Origin: Planctomycetaceae bacterium UBA6894
GTDB taxonomy: Bacteria > Planctomycetota > Planctomycetia > Gemmatales > Gemmataceae
DNA: 59,759 nt
Direction of reading: 5' to 3'
Assembly: GCA_002451275.1 (NCBI GenBank)
Contig: DKBS01000028.1
Span: 1-59,759 of the forward strand
The translations under genes were made by a program, and so were the position numbers. Below are positions 1 through 9,694 of the stretch, one piece after another. Each line of letters begins with the position of its first letter. Positions within the stretch are counted from its first letter, which is position 1. Under the pieces are notes generated by a model. It was not told the DNA's origin. It searched no databases and saw only the letters and a list, made by a program, of their open reading frames with translations.

Positions 1-42
1 GAAACGATTTTCCGGTCCGGAAACCGGAACAGGGAGAAGATC

Positions 43-1332
43 ATGCGCGTTCGATTGGATTATGGGAAGACTGGGCTGGATGTGGAAATTCCCGAGACCA
101 ATCGGGTGGTTGGCCCCCTGTCTATTCGAGAAGCAGCCCCCTTGGCGGACCCCAAGGCCGCTCTGGAAGCAGCCCTGGCCAAGCCAATCGGGACGCCTCC
201 CCTGGCTGAGCTAGCAAAAGGCAAAAAAGATGCCTGCATTGTTATTTGTGATATCACCCGGCCTGTCCCTAATCAGCTGCTGTTGCCACCCATTCTGCGG
301 ACGCTGGAGCAGGCGGGCATCCCCCGGGACAAGATCACCATCCTGATCGCCACCGGGCTGCATCGTCCCAACGAGGGGGACGAGTTGGTGGAGCTGGTGG
401 GCGCCGAGGTGGCCAAGAACTACCGCTGCGTGAACCACCACGGCAAGGTGCGGGAAGAGCATGACTTCATCGGCACGACGCCGCGCGGTGTGCCGGCATG
501 GATTGACAGCCGATATGTCCGCGCCGACCTGAAGATCACCACCGGTTTGATCGAGCCCCACCTGATGGCGGGCTACTCGGGCGGCCGGAAACTCATCTGC
601 CCGGGCATTGCCGGCCTGGACACCGTGAAGGTGTGGCATGGCCCCAAGTTTTTGGAGGATCCGCGCGCGGATTGCGGCATCCTGGAAGGCAACCCGGTGC
701 ACGAGGAGAACACCCTCATCGCGAAGATGGCCGGGTGCGATTTCATCGTGAATGTGGCTATCGACGGCAAGCGTCAAGTCACCTGGCTGGGGGCCGGGGA
801 CATGATGGATGCCTGGATGGAAGGCGTGAAGTTTGTGGAGCAAGTGGTGCGCGTGGGTGTGCGCGAACCGCTGGATATCGTGGTGACCTCCTGCGCGGGT
901 TATCCGCTGGACACCACCTGGTACCAGGCGGTGAAGGGACTGACGGGGGCTTTGCCCATTGTGAAGCGCGGCGGCACGATCATTTTGGCGGCCAGCCTGA
1001 CCGAAGGGGTTGGCAGCCCCGAATTCCAGGAAGTGCTGCGGGATAATCCGTCGCTGGACAAGTTCATCGAACGGATCCAGACCACCGACTATTTCGTGAT
1101 GGACCAGTGGCAGGTGGAGGAACTGGCCAAGGTGCGCCGCCGGTGCAAGGTGAAGGTGGTGACGCAGGGGTTGAGCGCCGATGTGCTGCGCAAATGCCAT
1201 GTGGAACCAGCCGAGAGCGTGGAGAAGGCGATCGCCGAGTGCTTGGAGGAATACGGGGCCAACGCGCGGATCGGGGTGATCCCCAAGGGTCCATATGTGC
1301 TGCCATATGTGGAGGCGGGGGTCGGGACCTGA
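43..1332 (+). CDS. larA: LarA-like nickel-pincer-dependent lactate racemase family protein (DUF2088)
   Basis: Full-length 429-aa ORF. It carries LarA-type motifs 'ATGLHRPN' and '[18 protein letters not shown]' (His/Lys catalytic region), and its length is typical of LarA homologues. Confidence 0.8.
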   Translation: MRVRLDYGKTGLDVEIPETNRVVGPLSIREAAPLADPKAALEAALAKPIGTPPLAELAKGKKDACIVICDITRPVPNQLLLPPILRTLEQAGIPRDKITILIATGLHRPNEGDELVELVGAEVAKNYRCVNHHGKVREEHDFIGTTPRGVPAWIDSRYVRADLKITTGLIEPHLMAGYSGGRKLICPGIAGLDTVKVWHGPKFLEDPRADCGILEGNPVHEENTLIAKMAGCDFIVNVAIDGKRQVTWLGAGDMMDAWMEGVKFVEQVVRVGVREPLDIVVTSCAGYPLDTTWYQAVKGLTGALPIVKRGGTIILAASLTEGVGSPEFQEVLRDNPSLDKFIERIQTTDYFVMDQWQVEELAKVRRRCKVKVVTQGLSADVLRKCHVEPAESVEKAIAECLEEYGANARIGVIPKGPYVLPYVEAGVGT

Positions 1333-1432
1333 GTGGTTTGGCGCAAACGGTCTGTGGCCCTGCCCCGTTGAGAAGGTGGCGGACCCATTCGCCACACCCT
1401 TCTGTTTGGCTGCCCCGGTGGAGGAAAATGTC

Positions 1433-2683
1433 ATGCATCAGCAAGTCAACGAACTTGGACGGCGGTTCTGGTTGGCCGGTGTGGGAGCCAGCTTGGCAGC
1501 CCTGAGCACAGGTCGCTTATCCACCCTGATGGCCCGTGATGTTTGGGACGCACCCATGAAAGCAGTCGTTACGGGGAGCAATCGCTTCGGGTTCGAGCTG
1601 CTGCGCCAACTTGAGGGTGGCAACAGTTTTGTCTCCCCCACCAGCATTTCTGCAGCCTTGGGGATGACTGCCCTTGGTGCCAAGGGGGAAACCTTGGAGC
1701 AAATTGCACAAGTGTTGCATTTGTCTGCCGGAACGCCTCTCCTGGACACAGGCTGGAAAGACCTGATCATCGGCTTGGTGGCTGAGAAACCGGGTCGGCA
1801 GGTGAAGCTGGCCAACCGTTTGTTCGGGCACCAGGGCTTCACTTTCCTGCCCGACTTCACCAACCGCCTGTCTTCCGCCTTCGCGGCACCCCTGGAGCGG
1901 GTGGACTACAGCAACCCCGAAGCGGCCAGAAACCGGATCAATGGCTGGGTGGAGGAAAACACCAACCAGCTCATCAAGGATCTGATCCCCTCGGGGGTGC
2001 TGACGCCGCTGACACGGCTGGTGCTGGCAAACGCCATCCACTTCAAGGGGGACTGGCAACTTCCCTTCACCAAAGGCGCCACCACGCCCGGCAAGTTCCA
2101 GGTCAACCCGGACAAGATCCTGACCCTTCCCATGATGAAGCAGACCGGCAATTTCCGGCTGCGAGAAAATGACAGCGCCGAAGCGGTGGAAATGCCCTGC
2201 AAGGGGAACGACCGCAGCGTCGTTTTTGTCCTGCCGAAAAAGCGGCACGGACTAGCCGCGGTGGAAAAAGAGCTGACCCCCCAGAGCCTTGAGAAGTTGG
2301 TGGGTGGCAATGCACCCAACCAGCGTGTGGAGCTGGTGGTGCCGCGGTTCGAGGTGAACACCTCGCTGTCGCTGAAGAAAACCCTGAGCGCCCTGGGCAT
2401 GGCCAAGGCGTTCAGCGACACCGCGGATTTCACGGGGATGAGCACGGAAGACAAAACGCTGCACATCGACGAGGTGGTGCACAAGGCGGTGCTGAAAGTG
2501 GACGAGCAGGGCGCCGAGGCCGCTGCCGCGACCGGGGTGGTGATCGGGGTCCGCTCCGCGATCATCCCGCAGGAGGTGCGCAAGTTCACGGTGGACCAGC
2601 CGTTCCTGGTGGCGATTGTGGACAAGCCAACCAACGCGATTCTTTTCCTTGGGCGGGTGACGGAACCGAAGGAAAAAGCGTAG
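1433..2683 (+). CDS. Serpin (serine protease inhibitor), secreted
   Basis: Serpin core motifs 'SPTSISAALGMTALGAKGETLEQI' and 'NAIHFKGDWQ', plus an inhibitory hinge 'EQGAEAAAATG'. I chose the ATG at 1433, which is preceded by GGAGG. The N-terminus 'GRRFWLAGVGASLAAL' looks like a twin-arginine/Sec signal. Confidence 0.85.
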   Translation: MHQQVNELGRRFWLAGVGASLAALSTGRLSTLMARDVWDAPMKAVVTGSNRFGFELLRQLEGGNSFVSPTSISAALGMTALGAKGETLEQIAQVLHLSAGTPLLDTGWKDLIIGLVAEKPGRQVKLANRLFGHQGFTFLPDFTNRLSSAFAAPLERVDYSNPEAARNRINGWVEENTNQLIKDLIPSGVLTPLTRLVLANAIHFKGDWQLPFTKGATTPGKFQVNPDKILTLPMMKQTGNFRLRENDSAEAVEMPCKGNDRSVVFVLPKKRHGLAAVEKELTPQSLEKLVGGNAPNQRVELVVPRFEVNTSLSLKKTLSALGMAKAFSDTADFTGMSTEDKTLHIDEVVHKAVLKVDEQGAEAAAATGVVIGVRSAIIPQEVRKFTVDQPFLVAIVDKPTNAILFLGRVTEPKEKA

Positions 2684-2710
2684 GGTGGAATCCACCTCCG
2701 AGGAATCCAC

Positions 2711-2741
2711 GGCACCGACATAAAGTCGGTGCCGTTTTTTT
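2711..2741 (+). terminator. Rho-independent terminator downstream of the serpin gene
   Basis: Perfect 9-bp stem ggcaccgac / gtcggtgcc with a 5-nt loop (ataaa), followed by g and a run of 7 T. Confidence 0.7.
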
Positions 2742-2828
2742 GCCTGCACCCCCGGCAACGACGGCCCACTACCCATCCTTTGGAAAACTGGTGTAGGCTA
2801 TCCGGTTCAGAAGAACCGGAGTCCTGCC

Positions 2829-5800
2829 ATGGCCCTCTCCCTGCTTTGCGCCTGTGTCCTTTCCTGTCCCGGTGTCGAACCCTGGGCGGATTCACAGCTC
2901 CCCACCGTGCCCGGGCTTGCCGCGTGGTACAGCGCTGAGGCACAGCCGAAAGCGTTTGCGGCCAGTGGCCTTGCTGTCCCCAAGGACGGGGAAGGTTTGG
3001 CGCACCTGTTTGACGGCTCGGGTAAGGCGCAGCACTTGCGCCAAAGCAAGGAGAGCCTGCGGCCCAAACTAGTCCGCAAGGCCGACCGTTGGCTGATCCG
3101 GCTCGATGGTGAGGATGATCACCTGAACCGGTCGGCCAAGGAGGCACCATCCACCCGCCAACTGACGCTGTTCGCGGTGCTGGTGCCGCACAAGAGCCCC
3201 GGCAGTTTCCACGGGCCCTTCGCGCTGGGGGCCACCGACGGCCGGGACTACGAGACAGGTTTCAACATCGACCTGGGCAGCCAGTTCAAGGAAAAGTTCG
3301 AAACCTTGAACCTTGAAGGCAAAGGCATGGGCGGAGAGCGCAACCTGTTGACCCGGACCTGGCCCCTGGGTGAGGCGCATCGGTTGACCGCGGTGGTTTC
3401 GGACCAGGAAGCCACCGTGTGGGTGGATGGTTTGAAGCAGGGTTCGCGGCCACGCAGCGGTGGGGAGATTGCCTGGCAGGAACTGGTGCTGGGTGCCCGA
3501 CGCTACACCAATGGCCCCGGGCCGCACGAGGTGCGGGGCAGTTTTCCGGGAGACATCGCAGAAGTGCTGGTCTTTGACCGGGCACTGAATGAAGGCGAGC
3601 GTCAGCAGGTGGAGCAATACCTGGCAACAAAGCATGGCAAGTTGATGCAAGCCGACCGGGTGGCCCTGGGGCTGCCCGAAGCGACCGCACCCATCAAACT
3701 GCTGGACCCGGTGGTACCCTGCCAGGTGCTGGTGCCGGGCTTTGAAGCCCGATGGCTGCCTATTGATTTGCCCAACATCAACAACCTGATATACCGGCCC
3801 GATGGCAAGCTGATCGCCCTAGGCTACAACGGCATGGCCTGGCTGCTGGAGGACACCGACAACGACGGCCTGGAGGACAAGGCGACTGTTTGGTTTGACA
3901 ACCCGAAGGGCAGCGTGCGTTCGCCCATTGGCATGGACCTGTTGCCCAAAGGGCATCCGCTGGGCGAGGGTCTGGTGGTGGCCTGCAAGGGGAAGGTGGT
4001 GCTGCTGCATGACCCGGACAACGATGGCAAAGCCACGGAAAAGGTGCTGGCCCAGGGCTGGGTGGAACTGCCGCTGAATGTGGACGCGCTGGGCGTGGCG
4101 GTGGACCCCAAGGACGGTTCGATCTACTTCGGCCTGGGATGCGCCGATTTTTCCAACGGGCATCAGGTGGGCAAGGATGGCAAGTCCGCATACCAGTTGC
4201 ATTCGGAGAGGGGTACCATCCTGCGGTTATCGCCGGATGCCAGCAAGCGCGAGGTGGTGTGCACAGGCATTCGCTTCCCGGTGGCCCTGCGCATGGGCCC
4301 TGGCAACGAATTGTTCTGCAGCGAACAGGAGGGCGCCACCTGGCTACCGAACGGCAACCCGTTTGACGAGCTATTGCACATCCGCAAGGGCTTGCACTTC
4401 GGCTTTCCGCCCCGGCATCCGAAGCATCTACCGAATGTGGTGGATGAACCGAGCCTGTGGGACTACGGCCCACAGCACCAATCGACCTGCGGTTTCAATT
4501 TCAACCTGGGGGTGAACGGCGGCCCCGCCTTTGGCAACAAGCTGTGGCAGGGCGATGTGCTGATGACGGGGGAATCACGGGGCAAGATTTATCGCACCAC
4601 CCTGGCAAAAACAGAAGCCGGATTTGTGGCGGGCACCCGCATTCTGGCCTGCCTGAATGTGCTGACCGTGGATTGCTGCGTGAGCCCGCAGGGTGACCTG
4701 CTGGTGGCCACCCATTCGGGACCGCCTGACTGGGGCACAGGTCCTGCGGGGAAGGGCAAGCTGCTTCGGCTAAGGCAAATTGATCAGGAAGCCCCACAAC
4801 CTGTAGCAGTTTGGGCGAGCAGCCCGCGGGAAGTGGTGGTGGCCTTTGATAAACCCCTTTCCGCCGAGGCGGTGGAAGGACTGCTGGCCAACACCCGGAT
4901 CACGGCTGGCGACGCGGTACGCGCGGGGGACCGTTTTGAGGGCATGCGACCGGGGTATGAAGTGGTGGCACGACAACTGCGCGAACCGAGACGCTCGCTA
5001 CGGGTGACGGCAGCACGGGTGAGCCCGGACAGGCGGTCGCTCCTGCTGGAGACCGACACCCATGCCTGGGACACCTGGTACTCGCTAGAAATACCGGGCC
5101 TGGGCAGGGCCGGGTTGAAGAACCAACCTGCTGGAGCATTGCCCCAGCATGGCGTGGTGGACCTGGACTATACCCTGAATGGCGTGCAGGCGACGGTGCT
5201 AGCGCAAACGCAGCAGTTGTGGCAGGGATGGCTGCCCCATCCCCACGCGGGTGTGACCCATGCGCTTTTGGCAGGAAACCAGCAACTGGAGCAACTGCGG
5301 GGGATTCCTGGTGCCCATGTTTGGATGTTTGACGGCAAACTGAACCTGAAGGACATGCTGCGGCCGGCCGTGCAACCGGGAGCGGCCATCGACCATGTGC
5401 CGCCGCCTGAAACCGTGACCCTACGATTGTCCTCCGACCGGGGGTTCCACTGGAAAGTCGGCGGCCAAGAAGTTGCCTCGAAAGACGGGAGCGCAGTCAG
5501 CATCACCTTGGAAAATCCGGTTAAACCATTAGGCTGGGGTGCGGTTTTCGATCCCGCCAATGGCGCCCCCCAGGTGGAAATGGCCTGGAGCACGAAAGAG
5601 GACCCGAACCGATGGCGGCCCATGCCCACCACCCGTTTCCTTGTCCCCTGGGCACCGGACACCAAGGCCAGCCAGAACGCGACCGTGGTGGCGCAGAATC
5701 TGCCGGGTGACTGGGCCCGGGGGCGCAAGCTGTTCAACGACCCGAATATCGGCTGCGCCAAGTGCCATTCGGTGAACGGTGCGGGGGGCAACCTGGGGCC

Positions 5801-6911
5801 GGACCTGGGCAATCTGGCCTTCCGGGATCCGGAATCGGTGCGGCGGGACATTGTGAACCCCAGCTACGCCATTCACCCGGACTACCTGGGCCATGTGGTG
5901 ACCCTGAAAAACGGGAAGGTGCTGACCGGCACCTTGCGCAGCAAAGGGAACACGCTGCTGGTGGGCGACTCGCAGGGGATCACCCATGAGGTGCCGCGCG
6001 GGGAGGTGGAATCGCTGGAGCCGGTGGCGAAGTCGGTGATGCCGGACAAACTGGACGAGAAACTGGGCAAGGAAGGCATGGAGGACCTGATCCACTTCCT
6101 GCTGAGCGGCGCGCCGAGCATGCCTCTGGAAGGCAGGGCGGTTCCCTACCCGGCCCGAAGCCGGGCCGAAGTGCTGAAGGTTTTGGCAGGGGCCCCGGAA
6201 GGAAAAGTGCAGAAGGGGCCATTGCCGATCCTGCTGACAGCGGGGCCCAAGGACCATGGCCCGCAGGAACACGATTACCCGGCGTGGCAGAAGGTGTGGA
6301 CGCGGTTGATGACGATGGCGCCCAGGGTGGAGGTGGACACCGCCTGGGAATGGCCCAAAAAGGAACAGCTTGAAAAAGCCAAACTGCTGGTGCTCTTCCA
6401 ACGCGGCGATTGGAACGGGCAACGGGCCGAGGATATGGACGCCTTTTTGCAACGGGGCGGCGGCGTGGTGCTGCTGCACTGGGCGGTGGATGGGCGGTCG
6501 CAGACTGAGGCTTTTGCCGAGCGGATCGGGCTGGCGGCGCATGGTGGCGGCATCGGTTTCCGTCATGGACCGTTGACCCTGAACCTGCAGAAGGACGCGC
6601 TGAGCCATCCGATCTTGCGGAATATGGGCGACCTGAAAATCCACGATGAGAGCTACTGGAAGCTGACCGGCCGGGAGGAGCGGGTGCAGGTGCTGGCGCG
6701 TTCCAAAGAGGACGGGAAAGACTGGCCCCAGGTGTGGACCAAACAAACCGGCAAGGGTCGCGTGGTCGGGCTGATCCCGGGCCACTACAGTTGGACCTTT
6801 GATGATCCCCTCTTCCGCGTGCTGCTGCTGAGGAGTATGGCGTGGGCGGCCGATGAGCCGGTGGACCGGTTCAATGAATTGGTCTGGCCGGGGGCGCGGG
6901 TGGGGGAGTGA
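2829..6911 (+). CDS. Giant multidomain secreted protein: LamG/concanavalin-like, dehydrogenase-type beta-propeller, c-type heme-binding (CxxCH) and ThuA-like modules
   Basis: 1360-aa ORF with an N-terminal signal-like segment. 'DIAEVLVFDRALNEGERQQVEQYL' is typical of LamG-type lectin domains. The central region resembles the PVC 'membrane-bound dehydrogenase domain'. 'CAKCHSVNGAGGNLGPDL' is a cytochrome c motif. The C-terminal ~230 aa ('LLTAGPKDHGPQEHDY...VVLLHWAVDG') resembles ThuA-type domains. Confidence 0.75.
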   Translation: MALSLLCACVLSCPGVEPWADSQLPTVPGLAAWYSAEAQPKAFAASGLAVPKDGEGLAHLFDGSGKAQHLRQSKESLRPKLVRKADRWLIRLDGEDDHLNRSAKEAPSTRQLTLFAVLVPHKSPGSFHGPFALGATDGRDYETGFNIDLGSQFKEKFETLNLEGKGMGGERNLLTRTWPLGEAHRLTAVVSDQEATVWVDGLKQGSRPRSGGEIAWQELVLGARRYTNGPGPHEVRGSFPGDIAEVLVFDRALNEGERQQVEQYLATKHGKLMQADRVALGLPEATAPIKLLDPVVPCQVLVPGFEARWLPIDLPNINNLIYRPDGKLIALGYNGMAWLLEDTDNDGLEDKATVWFDNPKGSVRSPIGMDLLPKGHPLGEGLVVACKGKVVLLHDPDNDGKATEKVLAQGWVELPLNVDALGVAVDPKDGSIYFGLGCADFSNGHQVGKDGKSAYQLHSERGTILRLSPDASKREVVCTGIRFPVALRMGPGNELFCSEQEGATWLPNGNPFDELLHIRKGLHFGFPPRHPKHLPNVVDEPSLWDYGPQHQSTCGFNFNLGVNGGPAFGNKLWQGDVLMTGESRGKIYRTTLAKTEAGFVAGTRILACLNVLTVDCCVSPQGDLLVATHSGPPDWGTGPAGKGKLLRLRQIDQEAPQPVAVWASSPREVVVAFDKPLSAEAVEGLLANTRITAGDAVRAGDRFEGMRPGYEVVARQLREPRRSLRVTAARVSPDRRSLLLETDTHAWDTWYSLEIPGLGRAGLKNQPAGALPQHGVVDLDYTLNGVQATVLAQTQQLWQGWLPHPHAGVTHALLAGNQQLEQLRGIPGAHVWMFDGKLNLKDMLRPAVQPGAAIDHVPPPETVTLRLSSDRGFHWKVGGQEVASKDGSAVSITLENPVKPLGWGAVFDPANGAPQVEMAWSTKEDPNRWRPMPTTRFLVPWAPDTKASQNATVVAQNLPGDWARGRKLFNDPNIGCAKCHSVNGAGGNLGPDLGNLAFRDPESVRRDIVNPSYAIHPDYLGHVVTLKNGKVLTGTLRSKGNTLLVGDSQGITHEVPRGEVESLEPVAKSVMPDKLDEKLGKEGMEDLIHFLLSGAPSMPLEGRAVPYPARSRAEVLKVLAGAPEGKVQKGPLPILLTAGPKDHGPQEHDYPAWQKVWTRLMTMAPRVEVDTAWEWPKKEQLEKAKLLVLFQRGDWNGQRAEDMDAFLQRGGGVVLLHWAVDGRSQTEAFAERIGLAAHGGGIGFRHGPLTLNLQKDALSHPILRNMGDLKIHDESYWKLTGREERVQVLARSKEDGKDWPQVWTKQTGKGRVVGLIPGHYSWTFDDPLFRVLLLRSMAWAADEPVDRFNELVWPGARVGE

Positions 6912-6952
6912 GGCCAGACCTCAAATTCCAAATGGTTTAGTTTGGCCGGATG

Positions 6953-7300
6953 TCATTCGTCTTGGGCATCCAGGTTTAAATCACCTTTTTCGGCGTCGGT
7001 GAGGAACGCCGTCGCCCCTCCGTCTTGAGTGTAAATGACAACCGGCACACTTTCACCCATCGCTGCTTCCGCTAGCAGACGCCGCAAATCGAGGCTCATC
7101 TTCAATCCCTCTAACCGCTGCAGAAGCTCGGCAAAGGTGCAGATTATTGGCACCGGTATCAATATGGGAATTTCCCGTTCTCGGTGGACCAGCAAAAGCA
7201 GCGCCTGACCACCACGCAGACGGGCAGTTTGCCCTTCAATAACCCGTAGAATTAGCGGGTCCTCCATAACCGCCATGAGCATGGGGGTTCCGTCTGGCAT
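6953..7300 (-). CDS. Hypothetical small protein (115 aa)
   Basis: This is the distal part of track ORF 6953..7807, restarted at the internal ATG at 7300. The upstream part of that ORF overlaps the hydrolase gene in another frame and reads as Arg/Pro-rich nonsense. I recognised no family. Confidence 0.3.
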   Translation of the reverse strand: MPDGTPMLMAVMEDPLILRVIEGQTARLRGGQALLLLVHREREIPILIPVPIICTFAELLQRLEGLKMSLDLRRLLAEAAMGESVPVVIYTQDGGATAFLTDAEKGDLNLDAQDE

Positions 7301-7458
7301 GGCAGTGTGAGTCCTTAACCAGTAGACCAAGCTACAAATCCACTTCAACCAAACCGGACAAGGTTCAAGCAGGGCGGAGGAGGGATGGTGGTAGCCATCC
7401 CTGATCGTTTGCAGTACACCCCGCCCTAATACCATAAAGAGTACATTTAAAATAGAAA

Positions 7459-8883
7459 TTACTTTTTCAGCGCCTGGTCGAAGAACGCGAAGACATCGAC
7501 CAGGCAGGCCTGGACCACGGTGAGGTGCTCGAGGCCCGGGTAGATCTTGAGGGTGACGGACGGGTTGCCGGCTTGGCCGAGGGCTTCCGCCAGACTTTTG
7601 GCGCTTTTCAGGGCGAAGTCTTTGTCTCCCACGCCGACGAAGTAGGGTAGTTTTTGCCAAACCTCGCCCTTGCCGGCACGACCACCGCCGCCCAAAGCGG
7701 CCACGGCGCGGAGTTGTTCCGGCTTGCGGGCGGCCCATGCGGTGGCGTTGGCGGCACCCATGGAATGGCCCACGGTGACCACCCGGCTTTTGTCGATGGG
7801 GTGCCATGCGGATAGTTTTTCGAGCATGTCATCGGTGGGACCATTGAGGGGGCTGATGAACAGCCAGCCTTTTTGGGCCGCCAGTTTGGGAGCAAGGGCG
7901 CCGTGGCCCTCGCAAAACAGGTTTTCGCTGCCGCCGGCACCATGGAGCGCGACCACACAGGTGAGCGGGGTTTTGCCATCGCGCTGGGCACCCTCGACCC
8001 GCACCACCTTGTCGGTGGCCCCCATGGGCAGGGCCAGCCAGAGGGGACCGGGCGCCGTGGGGCTGGGCCACACCTTTCCAGCCTTCAAATCCTCGACAGC
8101 CCCTGGCAGTTCGGCAAGCCACCGGCCCAGGGGGTATTCGGTTTCCAGGTCCTTGCCCTGGACGGCCTGCTTGAGCCGGCCGTGCAACAACTGCCAGGTG
8201 GAACGGCCCACCGAGGGAGGAAGCTTTGCCACCTCCCCTGCCAAGGATTCAAGCCTGGCCAGTTTGGCAGGCAGGTCTTCCACCACCCACAGGGACACCT
8301 TGCCCGTGGCCAGCGGATTGGCACCAACGCGCACCTCGTAGGCGAGAGCGTAAGGACCGGGCATGGTGCCCTCAGGCAGCACCGCCGTGAAATCCTGGTT
8401 GGCGTCAGCCAGATCAGACACCTTGCACGGTGCGGAGAGCGGCTTGCCGCTTTCGACCAGATGCATGACGGCATCCGAAGGGACCATGCCCTGCGGTTTG
8501 TAGATCCACGCCAGCTTGCCTTTCACCTGGCGGGTCTTCGCGTCCACCAGCGTTTGCGGCACACGCACCACCAGTGCCTGAGCCCAGCGATTGGATTCGG
8601 GCACCTCGACCAGTATGAAACGAGCCTGATCGAGCAATTGCGCGGCGCGAGACAGGTTGCCGGACAGGAAGCTGAAGGCGAGGGGTTCGAGGATGGCGGC
8701 CGCCTCACGGCGCTTGTCGTCATTGGGCTGGGCATCCCAGGCGGCCTCGAAGGCGCGCAGTTTCAAGCCGACGAGGTAGCGATCGGTCATGACTGCCCTG
8801 GCCGGCATGACTGTCAGGGCCAGGGCACAGAGTGTGAGCAGGACCACACGCAGTTGGGATACCTGTTTGCCGATTCCTCGCAT
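7459..8883 (-). CDS. Secreted alpha/beta-hydrolase (esterase / dienelactone-hydrolase-like) with an N-terminal domain of unknown function
   Basis: Signal peptide 'VVLLTLCALALTVMPARA'. The C-terminal esterase fold shows 'VVALHGAGGSENLF' and the nucleophile elbow 'GHSMGA'. I preferred the ATG at 8883 (GGGAG upstream) over the TTG at 8892. Confidence 0.7.
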   Translation of the reverse strand: MRGIGKQVSQLRVVLLTLCALALTVMPARAVMTDRYLVGLKLRAFEAAWDAQPNDDKRREAAAILEPLAFSFLSGNLSRAAQLLDQARFILVEVPESNRWAQALVVRVPQTLVDAKTRQVKGKLAWIYKPQGMVPSDAVMHLVESGKPLSAPCKVSDLADANQDFTAVLPEGTMPGPYALAYEVRVGANPLATGKVSLWVVEDLPAKLARLESLAGEVAKLPPSVGRSTWQLLHGRLKQAVQGKDLETEYPLGRWLAELPGAVEDLKAGKVWPSPTAPGPLWLALPMGATDKVVRVEGAQRDGKTPLTCVVALHGAGGSENLFCEGHGALAPKLAAQKGWLFISPLNGPTDDMLEKLSAWHPIDKSRVVTVGHSMGAANATAWAARKPEQLRAVAALGGGGRAGKGEVWQKLPYFVGVGDKDFALKSAKSLAEALGQAGNPSVTLKIYPGLEHLTVVQACLVDVFAFFDQALKK

Positions 8884-8907
8884 GTGGTCCAACTCCCTGA
8901 GCGGTCC

Positions 8908-9618
8908 CTACCGTTGACCCTTGCCCAACCACGGGCTGAGGGTGGACAGGCTGGCGGTGGGAAATCCATTCACCTCGATGGTGCCATTTCTCATGCGGAT
9001 TTCCAAGGTGTTGGATCCCAGCCACCGGGGATCATCCGCGCGGACGCGGTCGGAAAGCGTGAGCAACCGCTGGTTGGCCGAACCGATGAAGCGCCGGACG
9101 GGTTCGGGTTGGGTGTGGTCATAGGGGCCATCCACCAGCCAATCGGTCTGGGCCAGAAGGGCATCAACCGCAGGGTGTTGCCGGGCCTGCAATTCCTCGT
9201 GGCTATGGCCTGAAAAGACCAGGGTATTGACCCCGAGGGTGTGGGCGTGGCGCAGCAGAAACGCCGCGGCCTCAGGTTGTGCGGTGGGTTCGCCACCCAA
9301 GAGGGTGATACCCTCGACACGGTGCTCGCTGACCGCCTGGGTGATTTCGAGGGCCAGGGTCTCCAGCGGGAGCAGTTGGCCACCGGTAAAGCTGAGGAAG
9401 TGGGGATTGCAACACCCGGCACAGCGGAGGGGGCAGCCTTGGAACCAGAGGGCAAAGCGTTTGCCCGGGCCCTCGGCCTCGGTGCAGACGACCCGGTGGG
9501 CGACACGGGCATGGCGCACCGGAGTGTCGATGGTCTCCAGACTGTGCGGGGTGATCAGGGACACGGCGGCAGGTCCTGGATGCTGGGCGCGGTGATGGCG
9601 CCGGAAACATCCGGCCAT
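8908..9618 (-). CDS. NrdG/PflA-type radical-SAM activating enzyme (4Fe-4S single-cluster domain)
   Basis: 'EGPGKRFALWFQGCPLRCAGCCNPH' carries the Cx3Cx2C radical-SAM cluster in the NrdG-type context GCxxxCxGCxNP. A C-terminal 'FIGSANQRL' resembles NrdG-like activases. The start at ATG 9618 avoids overlap with the upstream gene. Confidence 0.7.
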   Translation of the reverse strand: MAGCFRRHHRAQHPGPAAVSLITPHSLETIDTPVRHARVAHRVVCTEAEGPGKRFALWFQGCPLRCAGCCNPHFLSFTGGQLLPLETLALEITQAVSEHRVEGITLLGGEPTAQPEAAAFLLRHAHTLGVNTLVFSGHSHEELQARQHPAVDALLAQTDWLVDGPYDHTQPEPVRRFIGSANQRLLTLSDRVRADDPRWLGSNTLEIRMRNGTIEVNGFPTASLSTLSPWLGKGQR

Positions 9619-9694
9619 TCCACGAAGCACTATACACCCAGAGACAAGCCAACGGTCGCCAGGGTGCCGGTAAAAAAATGGGGCAGGTCCGAGG

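Noticed and set aside
43-1332. LarA without larB/larC/larE neighbours as an anomaly
   Set aside because: LarA homologues are frequently encoded away from the cofactor-synthesis genes, and the rest of the genome is not visible, so this is not informative from this window.
211-1434. Long minus-strand ORFs antisense to larA. The same pattern recurs throughout, for example 1906..3150, 5529..6785, 12905..14752 (+), 33846..34706, 34719..36221, 37204..38595, 40530..41654, 47028..48335 (+), 49221..50414 (+) and 52827..55259 (+).
   Set aside because: These are typical high-GC artefacts. They overlap well-supported genes on the other strand, translate to Arg/Pro/Gly/His-rich nonsense and carry no recognisable motifs.
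7301-7807. Upstream extension of ORF 6953..7807
   Set aside because: It overlaps the 3' end of the alpha/beta-hydrolase gene in a different frame and reads as Arg/Gly/Pro-rich low-complexity sequence.
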